Of a stretch of 64,000 nucleotides of DNA, positions 1 to 14,023 are shown piece by piece. The translations under genes were made by a program, and so were the position numbers. The stretch lies in contig JAPETS010000009.1 in assembly GCA_026023565.1 (NCBI GenBank), positions 558,001 to 622,000 on the forward strand, given 5' to 3'. Position 1 is the first letter of the stretch. The number at the start of each line of letters is the position of its first letter. Origin of the DNA: Cirrosporium novae-zelandiae (lineage: Eukaryota). The notes under the pieces are model-generated. The model was not told where the DNA came from. It made no database searches and worked only from the letters and a program-made list of their open reading frames with translations.

Positions 1-1730
1 CTTAGAATTTCTTTGATGGCCCGTAAGGCCACAAGTCGCGCAGTAGCAAAGGAGAAAAATTCGTCAGTATCGGCATCCTCTTTCATACTCACAGAATCTG
101 CGATAGCTTTAGCGGTGGCAGAAGGGTTTTCAACCGCATCTGTTGCTGTAGGAACTGGTGATGATGGAGAGGGCTTTAGTCGGACAAGAATAGCTTGTAT
201 CATATCTGAAATCTGTTCAGAATAGTAGACATGCGTGGCTAGATCTCCAACACACTGCTGCAGGCGTAAAAGTAAATCATGGCGGGCTTGGGATGGACGT
301 GTTCCGTTTGTCTTCTCAGTAGTTGCCGTTACTGGTCGTGGCTCCAAAGCATTTTTAGTATCATTAAAAGGATCGACGCTATTAGATTGCTGGTGGTGAG
401 GATAAATTTGGCTCCCGTTCCCACCGAGTCGTAGGAGTAGTAAAATATGTTGTATTAAGCCAAGAAGGATATCCATTACGCTGAGACCGATGAGATTGAT
501 CGGAGAGCTTAAGAGCCAACTTATGATGGAAGCTAGTATGAGCTGCCCTTCCAAGTTCTGTTCCACGGCTGGACTGCTCACGAGCGTCTCCATCGCAGTC
601 ACAACAATAATGAAACGATCTTGTACAGGGGTCCATCTTGCCACCATCTCGACCAAAGTTGTTACCCACGTTCCCAATCTTATAGAGTCTGTTGTTGTTG
701 CTGTCTGGGGACGGGAAGCATCGTTTTTGGCGGCAATGAATTTTAGCAATTCGGTCGTGGCCATCCTTATTCGACCTCGAGCATTGACCGATACAATCTG
801 TTTTAAGCATTGCAAAGCTAATGCCCCAACTTCTTCCTCGGCAAGCTTATCCGCATCAGCCGTGGTCCCCGCAGCAGCTGCAGGACCGGTACCAGGTTGA
901 GGGATGTCAACTGTTTGAACTGTTGCAATACTCGATCGATGCCGTATAGTTTCTCTTTCATTCTTCTCTAGGAGTTGCGTGCGATCCTGTAGAAGTAGTA
1001 GGTATTCCTCGCTCTCCGAATAAAGGTTTTGCAATATAACTGGCATAATGATGCTCAAATGTCTGACCCCATCAGCACCAAATGATTCGGTTGATGTGAT
1101 GCTCTTAATCGCCCTTAACCCGGTATTCCGCCATCGTATAGCCATGGGGGTACTAATCGATTCCTTCATCTGCATTGGAGATTCACGGCCCGAAAATGCT
1201 GCATAGTTCTTAAGTATCTCTTCGTATAACCGTGCATATTCTTGGTCGGCGGACAACCTTTCGACATCATGGTGTTCACAGAAGGTCTCAAAGGTAGGTA
1301 TCGTTTCCTCTGCTAGTGTAATATCTTGGGACTGTAGGACTTGACCAAGGATTCGTAGGAGATAAGGAGCGTATAGAGGGAGATCGCGCGGGGATTTCTC
1401 GATGAGAGCTTTGAGGATCTGTAATGTTACTTGGACATTTCTTTGGCCAAAAGTAGCAATTAGTTTGAGGATCGCCTGATAAGGTCTGCCACGATTGTAA
1501 GAAATTTAATCATACCCGGTCCTCCCTCTCCAGATGTCCCTAGCTGTCCTCTTTTCGAGAAACGCGCCTACTTTCTGGACCTTGCTGCGTCGCGTGCTCG
1601 CGTAGTAGAGCAAATAGCTAAGCTCGCTCGAATTGGGTTTGACTTCAACTGCATTCTTTTGAAATCTTGGATAGCATTTCAAGATTAGGACCTGATGCTT
1701 CGGTCGGCATGATGACCGAATTGCGTTCAT
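1..1730 (-). CDS. EFR3: Plasma-membrane PI4-kinase scaffold EFR3 (5' part; gene runs off the window start)
   Basis: Exon 1 (1730-1516) reads MNAIRSSCRPKHQVLILKCYP...KPNSSELSYLLYYASTRRSKVQKVGAFLEKR, the characteristic fungal Efr3 N-terminus. Intron 1515-1441 (GTATGA...CTAAT...AAG). Exon 2 continues NVQVTLQILKALIEKSPRDLPLYA toward the window edge. Confidence 0.88.
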
Positions 1731-2742
1731 TGCACCGGTCTTGTAGGGATACCAGGGGGTCTGGGTTGTCGAGAAGAATTTGGTAAGCTATAGGTAAGGT
1801 ACTAGGTACTCCTATCATGGGGAGAGACAATAATTCCGGCAATTAGACATCTTCATCTATGCATGTTTGGGGGGCTGTTTGCGCTAAAGTTCATTGTTTG
1901 TAGAAGCTTTATAAGAATCCAAGGCAGTTGCTTTGAGGTTGACATCTGCGCGCGGGAAGGATTCGCTTGCGCTTCGAAGTCGTGGCCTGTCGTAAGATTG
2001 GGAAAATTGGCCTGAGGGTAAAACCCGTTGTTCGCTACTTGGAGCAATCAACATCTTGCTTGGTTCTATATTTTCTGCAATGAAAATACAAGCAGGCAGA
2101 AAGTTCGGGATGGTCATCTGCTAAGAACACAAGTTCTTGCCTCGAACACATCCAAACCACGGGAAGAGGTGTCAGCGGGTACAGCTGCGCATAGCCAATA
2201 CCAGACCAGGGCCACCATGTATACATCCAGTCTCAACCAGTTTGAAACCGCTGCTACTCTCTGTGTCCATACACCCTAACGTCATTGCTAGATAACTAGA
2301 TAGAAACTTATTATTTTTATTATATCCAGTCGGGCAAAGGATATGTCGAATACCAGCGACTATATAGTGCTGGAGGAGATGGACATACAACTACAGCGTA
2401 CAAGCTCAATAATAATGTTGGCAACGAGATACAGATTTGATGCCACTGCTTCTATCGAATTTTTCATAGTTAGAAGTCAGATCTAAAAATTCGTACCGCC
2501 TTCATCACCGTCATGTATCAACATAGGAAAATTTTCATCATTGCGTGTCCCATGTCATTAAGACCCATAGCACATGCAAAGAATGCCCACAAAAGAAATA
2601 GCCCCGGTGGTAGAAAACATAAAACCCTGGGTATGAAAGGTGATCGAGATGCCTGGTAAAACATATCTAAATCGGAGTACCAGTACGCAAGATCATCATC
2701 CATAAACACATTCCACTTTTAGTTCTCCAATCTTCCAGTAAT

Positions 2743-4683
<1,941 letters not shown>

Positions 4684-5839
4684 TTTAAGAGTTTTGTTTG
4701 ATGTTGATTAGAGAAAGTTGAAATGTTCGATATTTCGAAATTTGCTCAGATTCTACGGCTCAGAATGCGTAGAGGTACTAAGTAGAGTTATTAGTTCAGG
4801 TATTTATGTGAAGAGGGATGGGCATGGGGGAGAAGGACATACTGAAGCGGACGAAGAGGAAATTTCGAGTTGTGGGAGAGAGTGTGGGCTATTTAAGAGG
4901 GTTGTAAGAGAACCGAAGGGCAAATTCAACTTTGGAAACCCACTGGCGCTTCGACCAAGACTTTTTACATACTAACAAAGCGAACCAATCACGGTCCTTG
5001 AATTTCAGCCCCACCATATCAAAATTCATTGACGCACCAGTTAACCCTCCAAGTAATCACAAGGATGGAGACGTAGGATTTTTGCTTGTTGGTCTGTTGG
5101 CCTGTTGACCTGCTGGCTTACCAGCTTACCTTTTGCTATCTGGGCCGAGGGGTCTATCACCAGCAAATCATTGCTCTCGGTCGCCCTTCCATTGCCCTTC
5201 GAGTCACCACGCATCGAGGGGTACGAGCAGTTTGGGCATGATTGTTATTGCTACACCAAGAAATTTACTCTTAATTTTTTTTGCTACAAATCTCCGTCAG
5301 TACTTATTACTCATAGTTAGTTCCAAGTAAAAAAATAATCTCTTTAATAGTAATGTAAAATCCAAGTCATCTTCCCACCTTCCCCAGCCCATATTAACTG
5401 CTAGGATTGTCTCAGTGAGTCAACCATAGATATAGAGTCTGATTGCCACATTCATACCCGACTATTTGCTACCCCTGATGCAGTTTCTCTCCACTGTTTC
5501 CTTGACCATAGAATTATCGGTCCACGGATCAGGCTCACTCTCCCCACCTGTCTATTCATCCTAATGCCAATCCAAAATTTTCAGGTCGGGAGAGTCAGAA
5601 CCGCAAGTTGTAGCAGGCTTTGTACTAACTCAATATAATATATCAAGCCACAAAAACAAATACTGCTTTTAGAGTCATACCAGCCCTCAAGGTTTGGTCA
5701 GTAATTTTGTGGACCCCAAAATCTATCCTTGGCTTCAAATCCATCAATCGTCAGTCTTGCCATATCCAATTTAGTTGTTATAATTCTTGTTCCTTGTTCA
5801 TTCTTAAATGGGAGTATATTGTCCGAATGCAATCTTTGA

Positions 5840-6350
5840 TCAATTCTCTCTCCAGTCCTTTCCACATTTGCAGCACTGCTTTCGGCATAAGCTTGGGCTA
5901 TTAATTGCACAAGGATTACATACCTTGTAGAAGGTCGTCATAGGCTCATCTGCACTCCGAATCTGAATTTGGTAGAAAAATGCTCGGTCCCCATCACACT
6001 CATCGTCTGCACATTGAGCTATTCAAACCATCAGCTAATACCAACTCTCTCGTGGGCTTCAATTATTGCTAGGAATATACCGGCTGCTTCGTCTGCATTC
6101 TTCCATTGATCTTCTCCTCCTATGACATCGTCTTTCTCCTTACGCGTCAGATAGGTTCGTTCGTAATAACTTTTCTCAAGGACAAATTGGTAAGGACAGG
6201 TACGACATTCAAGTCGATTCTGACCAAAAGGATGTTCGTTGGAGCTGGGTGAGCGGGAAACAGTGAGGGTATCACTGCAAGCGGGACAAACTGAATGATA
6301 GTTAGGAATAGCTTTTGGGGTAGAAATAAAAACTACTTACATAGTAACAT
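5840..6350 (-). CDS. RPC11: RNA polymerase III subunit C11 (Rpc10/Rpc11), 4 exons; not in the ORF track
   Basis: Spliced translation MLLFCPACSDTL...LECRTCPYQF...QCADDECDGDRAFFYQIQIRSADEPMTTFYK|CCKCGKDWREN*. Two zinc ribbons and the TFIIS-like RSADEP motif. Canonical GT-AG introns. Confidence 0.93.
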
Positions 6351-6781
6351 CTTGAACTCTTGTTGTCTAAGTAGCAAGGAAAAGTTCAACGGTTCTACGT
6401 AGGAATATTTGAAGCTCTAGGAGGGGGTGGGGTGGGGGGGGTTCCTAGAGAATTGTCAGAAATTCAGGGCACAGCTGGAACATAACTGGCTAGAACGTCC
6501 ACCGCCTTTGAAACGCCGCGATTTTGCGACGGTTGAGGAACGCGAATCTGGAGTAAGGTAGCAAGGCATCCTACAAACCAAATCATGATCCTTAATTAAC
6601 ATTCGCTCCCTTTCTAAATCCCCATTTTATTCAAATCACCTGCGAACCCCTTCACCTAAGGTTGAATATAATCACCAGCATCTTGACAACTTAAGACCAG
6701 GAGTTCGATCGAGGTCCACTCCAATCATCGGAACCTCATTACATTAACCGACCCCCCAGACGACTCCAACAATTAGGCAAG

Positions 6782-7521
6782 ATGGGTGACGAGGTTAGAA
6801 ACTACATCTATCTTGTCTCTAATATTAGGTCGAAGCTGATTAAACCACCAATAGGGAGCTACCCCTCGAGAACTCCTTCTTGAAGCCTGCCGCCGCAATA
6901 ATACTGAACTTCTTACTGAAATCATTTCAAGCATTACCGATACTGAGAAAATGGCTCTTTTATTGAATGACGCAAAGGATGGGGTTGGCAATCACGCACT
7001 TCACGTTGCTGCAACCTACGGAAGCTGTAAGCTCCCAGTATATCCCACGACCATATCCAAAAAGGTGGAAGAATCTTGATTATTAATTTGCGAAAGAGCA
7101 GACGAAGTTATAGACTTGCTTCTGGACCAAGAAGGTCTTGAGGTTGACCCTATAGACCGATTGGAGGGTGATACACCACTGCATAAAGCGGTTCGTTTTA
7201 TCAATAGCCAAGACACTGAGCACTGGGAAGGCACAAAGGCATTGGTGGAGTTGCTGGTAGACGCGGGAGCAGATCCAAGGTAGCCTAGCGTTAGCATGAC
7301 CTCAACTCGAGGCGTCTTTTGTGCACTCATCTAGAATCAGACTGATTGGGAATAGGGTCCGCAATCGTGCTCATCTTACACCTCGGGATCTTGTCGACCC
7401 TAGAAACACTGAACTACGAAAGTTCCTACAACATGCAGAGTATGCCATGGTTATTGGGGATGATGTGGTTAACTATGATGAAGACGATGGACCAGCAGGA
7501 AGCGCTAGCGACAGCGAATAG
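6782..7521 (+). CDS. Small ankyrin-repeat protein, 4 exons
   Basis: Spliced MGDE|GATPRELLLEACRRNN...GNHALHVAATYGS|...EGDTPLHKAV...LLVDAGADPR|VRNRAHLTP...SASDSE*. Contains ankyrin TPLH and GADP motifs. Confidence 0.85.
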
Positions 7522-8010
7522 ATCTTACGAGGCTACGACTGCTCAGTTGACAGCATACATTGTCACGGCTAATGAGATATTCCCAAAGAACTTGCATGGG
7601 TGAAGGCGCATTTGTTCGTGTGAGCGTGCACATATAGATCTATGGGTGGTGAGCTTGTAGGTTATGATGTTAGATATGCCTTCAAGATTATCCTGCCAAA
7701 CACATGTTTGGAGTAGGAAAGTGTACACTCTACGACGGAATTGATTTCGAACTGCCTACACCTTGAAGGTTTTATAAATACATTTTTGAGACGAGCCCTA
7801 AAGAAAAGAGAAAGACTATCCCAGACAAACTAGAAAGTTAGCATGTTAGAGCTGCCTTGTCAGTCAAAAAGATGGACACGATGCCACAACTCTGAATGGT
7901 CAGCGAATGATGTGACAAGACCAACAACATCCAGACTTGTAATTGCAAAACAAGATCATTACCGGGATCGATTCGGAAACATCGAGCGTCGCTAGGGTTT
8001 CCTGGGAGTT

Positions 8011-10302
8011 TCAAGCCCCAGGAGGGGGTGGGGGAGGGGGCTGATCGCTCGGTGGCTATAGAAGGTTAGTTCGGAAATATGAATAGCTTCAGGGTTAGGT
8101 AGAGCTTACAGGAGGTGGAGGACCATCACCAGGAGGGGGTGGGGGTGGAGGATTTCCTGCAGGTGGGGCCCCATAATTCTGGAATAATGCACCAAGTCCC
8201 GGCGGAGCGCCAATGCCTGGAGTTGGACCACCCATTCCAGGAGGAGCAGCCATTTGGTCCCCATAGCCACCACCAGGGTATCCACCGTACCCATAAGGTT
8301 GCTGTTGGCCGCCGGGGGGCGGGGCCGGTTGTTGCCACGGGGCTGCGCCACCGGGAGCTGCAGGATAACCATTCTCTGGCTTACTATATCCATAATTGTC
8401 ACCACCGTTCCGACCTCCACTAGCCCAAGGAGGTGCCGAGTCACTACTGCGATAATCGTCACGAGGGCGGTCATGATTACCGCGTTGTTGCCAGGGAGCT
8501 GCTTCACCAGTAGGGCCTCGTTGCCAGGGCTTTAAATCACGATCACCGCCACCATAATGATCGCCGTTGTAGCCACCAGGCCCAGCTTCAATCCGATGAG
8601 GAGCCTCTCCATTAGCAACAGGTGCGCCGCCTGAAAGCTCTTGCATAAGTGACTAGCAAAATGTTAGCGAAACTAATTCAAGGTGAACTAAGTGATAAGT
8701 TATGCTTACTTCATATTCACGATCGACAACATCCCCAGAACCAATTGCCCGGCCAGGTGGAGCACGGCCACTAAAGCCACTAGGTCCATTTCGCCAGTCC
8801 TGTCCTCTTTGCCTATCAGGGCAATCCCTGGCCATGTGTCCAGCATTACCACAGACTCGGCAAATGATATTAGCAGTGAAGTTTCGTGCTTCGGGACAAT
8901 CATATTTTCGATGTCCAATTTGACCACCTAGGCAATATTAGTTTTCGAAAGCCATTTCTCGTTGAGTTATCTTATAACTTACAGTTCTGACAAGCTTGGT
9001 TTTCGTCATCACGTAGAGTACCATTGAGTGCGGCAAGCTCTCGGAGTTGATTACGCTTTAATTCATTCTGGCCTTCGGGGATCGAAGCAGCCTGACACAG
9101 TATTAGCACATTAATCGCATCTCTAGTTTCAGAGGATCTGATATCACATACCGTCTCAATAACATTATGAATCAACTTCTTCGCCTTATTAACTTTCTCC
9201 TCGGTATCTGCCATAATCAAACAATGAAGGTCCTCTTCCTGGTTGCTGGTGTGAGCGGCATCAGAACGTCCTTTTCCTTCTTTCACGGAGCCTTTCCCAC
9301 GAATGGCAATCTTAGCTCCAGAATCTGCTTCCATCTTTTTCAGTGTGTTGCCTCGAGGCCCGATAAGTAGTCCAACTTTAGTAAGAAGAAGAAGCTAAGT
9401 GTCAGTCCAGTTTCATCATAGTTAAGTATTTGCGCATAGAATGGTTCAAGGGTTAGTGGGAGGGTTAGTGGCTAAGACATGCTGCATCCTCCGAAGAATG
9501 CCACACGCATTGCCGTAAGGAAATGGAAAACAAAAGCAAATGAACAGGAAGGTAGTTAGAGGGTTAGTTATCATACTGAAGTTAATCTCTGGATAATCGT
9601 TAACCGGCACGTAGACCTTTTCCTGTGTCTTAGTCGGACGTCTGTAGTCAGATGGTGGATGATAATTGGGAATAATTTTCATAGCCTTTTCGATGAGTTT
9701 ATGTCGTTCATCTTCAAGGCGCTTGCGGTAACGGTATTCTCGAGTATTAACACGCCGACCCATGTTATCATATTGTGGTGGAGGAGAAGGGGATCTATGA
9801 GAAGAGTTAGTATCGATATCTGTAACCACGAAATGAACGAAGCCTACCTATCGCCATCTGCTGGAACGACATCGTTAATTCTGAGTTTCTGGCTAATTTC
9901 TTCGATTCGCAAGTGAAGAGTATAAGCTTCAAGCTGCTCGTTTGTCATATTCGCAACGATCATTGTTGGCAACCCCATAAGACCAGCGGCCTTGTTCTCT
10001 TGAGCATCACCCCATCGATTTCTCTTCTTTCGCCTCTTGACTCCATCGGCAGGTGGATCAGCTGTCATAATGTCAGGTAAACTGGTAAAAGAAATCGAAC
10101 CCACAAGCTTCAACGTACCTCGAACTGGACTCCGCCCCCGTTTGTAGCCTGTCTCCTTCAGACCATCAGAGGGTGCTGAAGGATTGTATCCTCCATCATC
10201 GGGAGGAGGGGGCGGAATATCATCAGGAGCACCTCCAAATCTTCGACGCGTCCCTAAAGGAACATTATTTGAGCCTGTAATACCTTGGTTACGCCAAGCC
10301 AT
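8011..10302 (-). CDS. MSL5: Branchpoint-bridging protein (splicing factor SF1/BBP), multi-exon
   Basis: Contains [10 protein letters not shown] (ULM), [10 protein letters not shown], the KH-QUA2 domain ([15 protein letters not shown]...[14 protein letters not shown]), two CCHC zinc knuckles and a Pro-rich tail ending in TGA at 8013-8011. An alternative in-frame ATG lies at 10308. Confidence 0.96.
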
Positions 10303-11293
10303 TTTCATTGATAGATCGTACTGAGATGAATGATTAACGCGTTGATTAGAGAAGAGTGTGAAGTTAGCAAGATGTTAAGAAGGTAGAGGAACTTTAAAGT
10401 TATTCGGTTTTGACCAAGGAAATTTACCACGTGACCTACAGTACTGTATCACCGTGCTACCCTTACTAGACTAGTACATTATTTTCGCAAGGATCCCTCC
10501 CCGATTCCAAGCTAGACCCCAATCCCGACGAGAATTACACATCGAAGAGGCCACTTATCCTATGCCAGTCTCCAAGTGCTATTGAGACCCTTTTTCACAA
10601 ACAGTTACATTTGAATGTATGCACTACATAAATAACAAACTCAACAGGAATTTTATCAACAATACCTCCTTCAAGAATTTACTAAGGTATTTATTACAGT
10701 AATAGGCAAGCCTCATGAGAGTAAAATTGACAACAAATCTATAGAACATTCTAATGAAGACTAATATACAACGATCAAGATCTATTCAATGTCCAAGGCT
10801 CTGCACAATCAGTACTAAGGATAGGAAATTTTCCCATGAAACGAGCTGCTAGACTACATCAGTCGAATTTTCCCACTGAAAGGGGTTTGCTTCCCCTCAT
10901 TTTCACCAACCAGTCACTAAGACCGTATGCGCCAGGACCGACGTTATTTGGGTATGGACCTGTTATGATGTGAATCGAGGGGACTCCATTATTCATACAA
11001 ACTAGCCATAGCAGTGTATGTATAGCTGATCCACCTTCAACCCCTCCATATCATCATATCTTGTCTCTATTAGCCGTGGAGTTCGACTAGATCTTTAATG
11101 AAGTAGGAGTAAAAAATGCTTTTCAGTGATGCTCCCAGGAACATCACCCAATCCAATCTTAGGCTTACAAGGCTCCTTTTTAGAAACCGAATATGGCCAC
11201 TAGAAAATCTTCGAGGACAGTTGTTCCTTAGAGTATACCCATCTTTCAAGGTATGTCTAACTCATTGGGAGCTAAATAGGATTTCCTGTAGGT

Positions 11294-13405
11294 CTATACC
11301 AGAACGTATAGAGAACACATCTATAGATATATTAGCGAGGTTATGCAAGATAGCAGGTTGAAAGAGGCATACCATAGAGAGACCAAGGATCATAGAGATC
11401 CAGAAAAATACATTCTGCGATTCATGTTAGCACATTTCATCAAAACTAGAGATGCTAATTAAGAACCATACATTAAGCAATTTATGGCCTCTCATAAACT
11501 TCGATCTTTGAAAGGCAACGTAAGGGAATTGGAACATCATTGCAAAGAAGCCATAGCCTCTCAATTTCTTCGTTATACATCCCATGACTAACTCATGGGC
11601 CAACGAGCTGATCAAGAATGTAATCACGGTAGCTAGAGTGCGTGAAACTTTCGGTCGAGATGCCAAAAAGACATGACGTCTGAGGAAATGGTGTACAGGA
11701 ATATTCCATTCCCGAGAAAATTCGAGCCTAGAAATTTGTTAGTGAAAAATCACAAGGGAGACCGCAAAACCTGCAATGGTCGCAATAAGATAGCTAAGTC
11801 GATCCAAGGGCAACGGATGATATGTAAATTGCAAAATGAGCAGTAGCATGCTCGAGAGACCTTCGGTAAAACTAGCCGAGATCTTGAACTACAAAAACAT
11901 GTGTTTCTCGTGGCTGAAGAAGTGTCCAAGCAAAATTACCATCACGTTGGAGCCTGGCCTGTTGCAGATATTGAGATCAAGCAGCAGAATGCTTACCAGT
12001 CAGATGAATTCCACCAGTCCGAGTAAAAATGCCGATCGGCAAATCTAGTCAATTCGGCAAATGCCCCCAAAACATACTCAAAAATAACCAAGAACACGAG
12101 AAGGAAAGAGACCATGAAGGGAAATAGAAGCAAGCTAATCGTTTCTGCAACGACAAGACTTCCCTCGGAGATACTTTGTCCGCCCTGTAACCTGAATTCG
12201 GAATCGCGGAGTACAGGAACAATAAATTCTTCGCTAACAATGGTGAGGAGGAAAATGCAACCAAATATTGCAAGGACTTTCCAGAAGACCTCTAACCATC
12301 GAATCCGTGGCACTCTCGGATACTCTAGTTCGTAGCAGAGTGTTGGACACAAAACAAAATCCAAGTAGTTGAGCATAGTAAGGTTTTGTGGATACGATAC
12401 TCTCCCAAGCGTTGAAGTAAGCTCAAAAGCAAGATCGCTTCGTAGCTCCCCGACCGTCTCTTTATGTTCTGGGCCCGTGGTTGGTTGATCATTTGAGTCT
12501 GTATCGCCCTGTGTACTATAAGAATCGGGATACTTAACAGCAGCTTCAGTGGACGCTGTTTCAGGATGATCTAATTCTCGCAGCCTGCGTTCTGTAACGC
12601 TAAGATGTCCATTATAGAACGAATAAGAATGCAACTTCATAAGAAAGACCAATGTATGAAGCGTCATGAAAACATGAGCAGTCCATGCCCATTGTAGCAG
12701 AAATGGCCATCTATAATCATTAGCAGAATAAAAGGTGAAGTTTGGGAGGCCATCCATACATGATCCATAGACTGAACCACGCAATTTCAAAAGTAGTATG
12801 GATGATCATACCCTCCTGATCCCAACGCAACCAACCATTGCTCCTCCTGAATGTTCGCTGTAACGGGAGACTGATTGCCGTAGAGGCTACCATAGCGAAG
12901 TCACTTACAGCTAATGTCACCAAGTTTTCGGCGAGAAGATTCCAAACTGTAACACGCAAGGGATGCCCCGTGTCCTTGATATTTCGGAGCATAGTAGTCA
13001 TCACCATGATCGCTAGAGCAATCCAAAACAGAACAAAAAAGCCGCGGAAATTTGAGTAATTACTCTCTGGATCAAAATGAGATACCCGCGCTTCATAGCT
13101 TATTGTAGGAAATAACCGTTTTCTATGCTCAGCGCGAAGCTGCTTTCTTGCAGATGCAATTGACCGCGATGAAGGGGGTGCATCCGGAGGGAGAGGGGTG
13201 GAGCGACCACTATCAATATGTGAGAAAAACATACAGGAAACTGACAGCTTCACATAGTATACCTGGAGACCATGGAGGCCAACTCGGCGTCAGAAATATA
13301 ACTGCCATCGTCGCTTGCAGCTTTATGGGCACCTGGCCTCAGGGGACGTGGGCGTAAAAGATTGTCTGTCTGCATATCGATGGGAAATCTCGCTGAAGTT
13401 GACAT
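11294..13405 (-). CDS. ARE2: Sterol O-acyltransferase (MBOAT family, Are1/Are2-like), multi-exon
   Basis: Motifs FRGFFVLFW, MKLHSY, PTLCYELEYPR, AELTRFADRHFYSDWWNS, EWNIPVHHFLRRHV and the catalytic His in SSLAHEL. Last exon MCSLYVLV*. The start codon at 13405 is inferred. Confidence 0.92.
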
Positions 13406-14023
13406 TCTGATTTCAAGTTTGTTGTAATAGTTGGAGGAGTGTAAGTTATATTAAGCAAGACGATGCGACCAGGCGCAGGCAGTGGTTTACGCATCCAAGC
13501 TAGATAGGACTGGATTTCTTTAGAAAGTATCTAATGAAAGACCAATGCCACCCTTATAGAAGTTATAACGGGTCTCAGAGGACTTATCCATAACGAGAAT
13601 GAAGGATCTAATTATAATTAATTAAGGGATCTTGAATCTACCAAGTACCTAACGCGTCCTTGTCCTGACTCCTAACAACGTCACAGATAACAAATTAGTC
13701 TAAAGCATGCCCCCTTGACCTTGGGAGCCCGGGAGCCTTAGAAGCTTCTCCAGCCTTATGAAGTACGCCAAGACAACCCGGTACCCGTACTCGTATTAAG
13801 AATAATACGGGTTGCTGTACTATCCAGTTCCGTCAAATGGCATCTCACAAAAAGGGAAATACTTAGAATTATGGTCAGTTAGAGGTTAGAGGATCCCCAG
13901 AATCAACGTTTATGCCAATCGAACTTCATCACCATTGCTCTCTAATCTTCAACCTCCTAACTATTATCTGTTGCCTTCGACGCTGCCATCAAAAAGCAAG
14001 CCCTTGCTGGGGTCCTTGAGACC

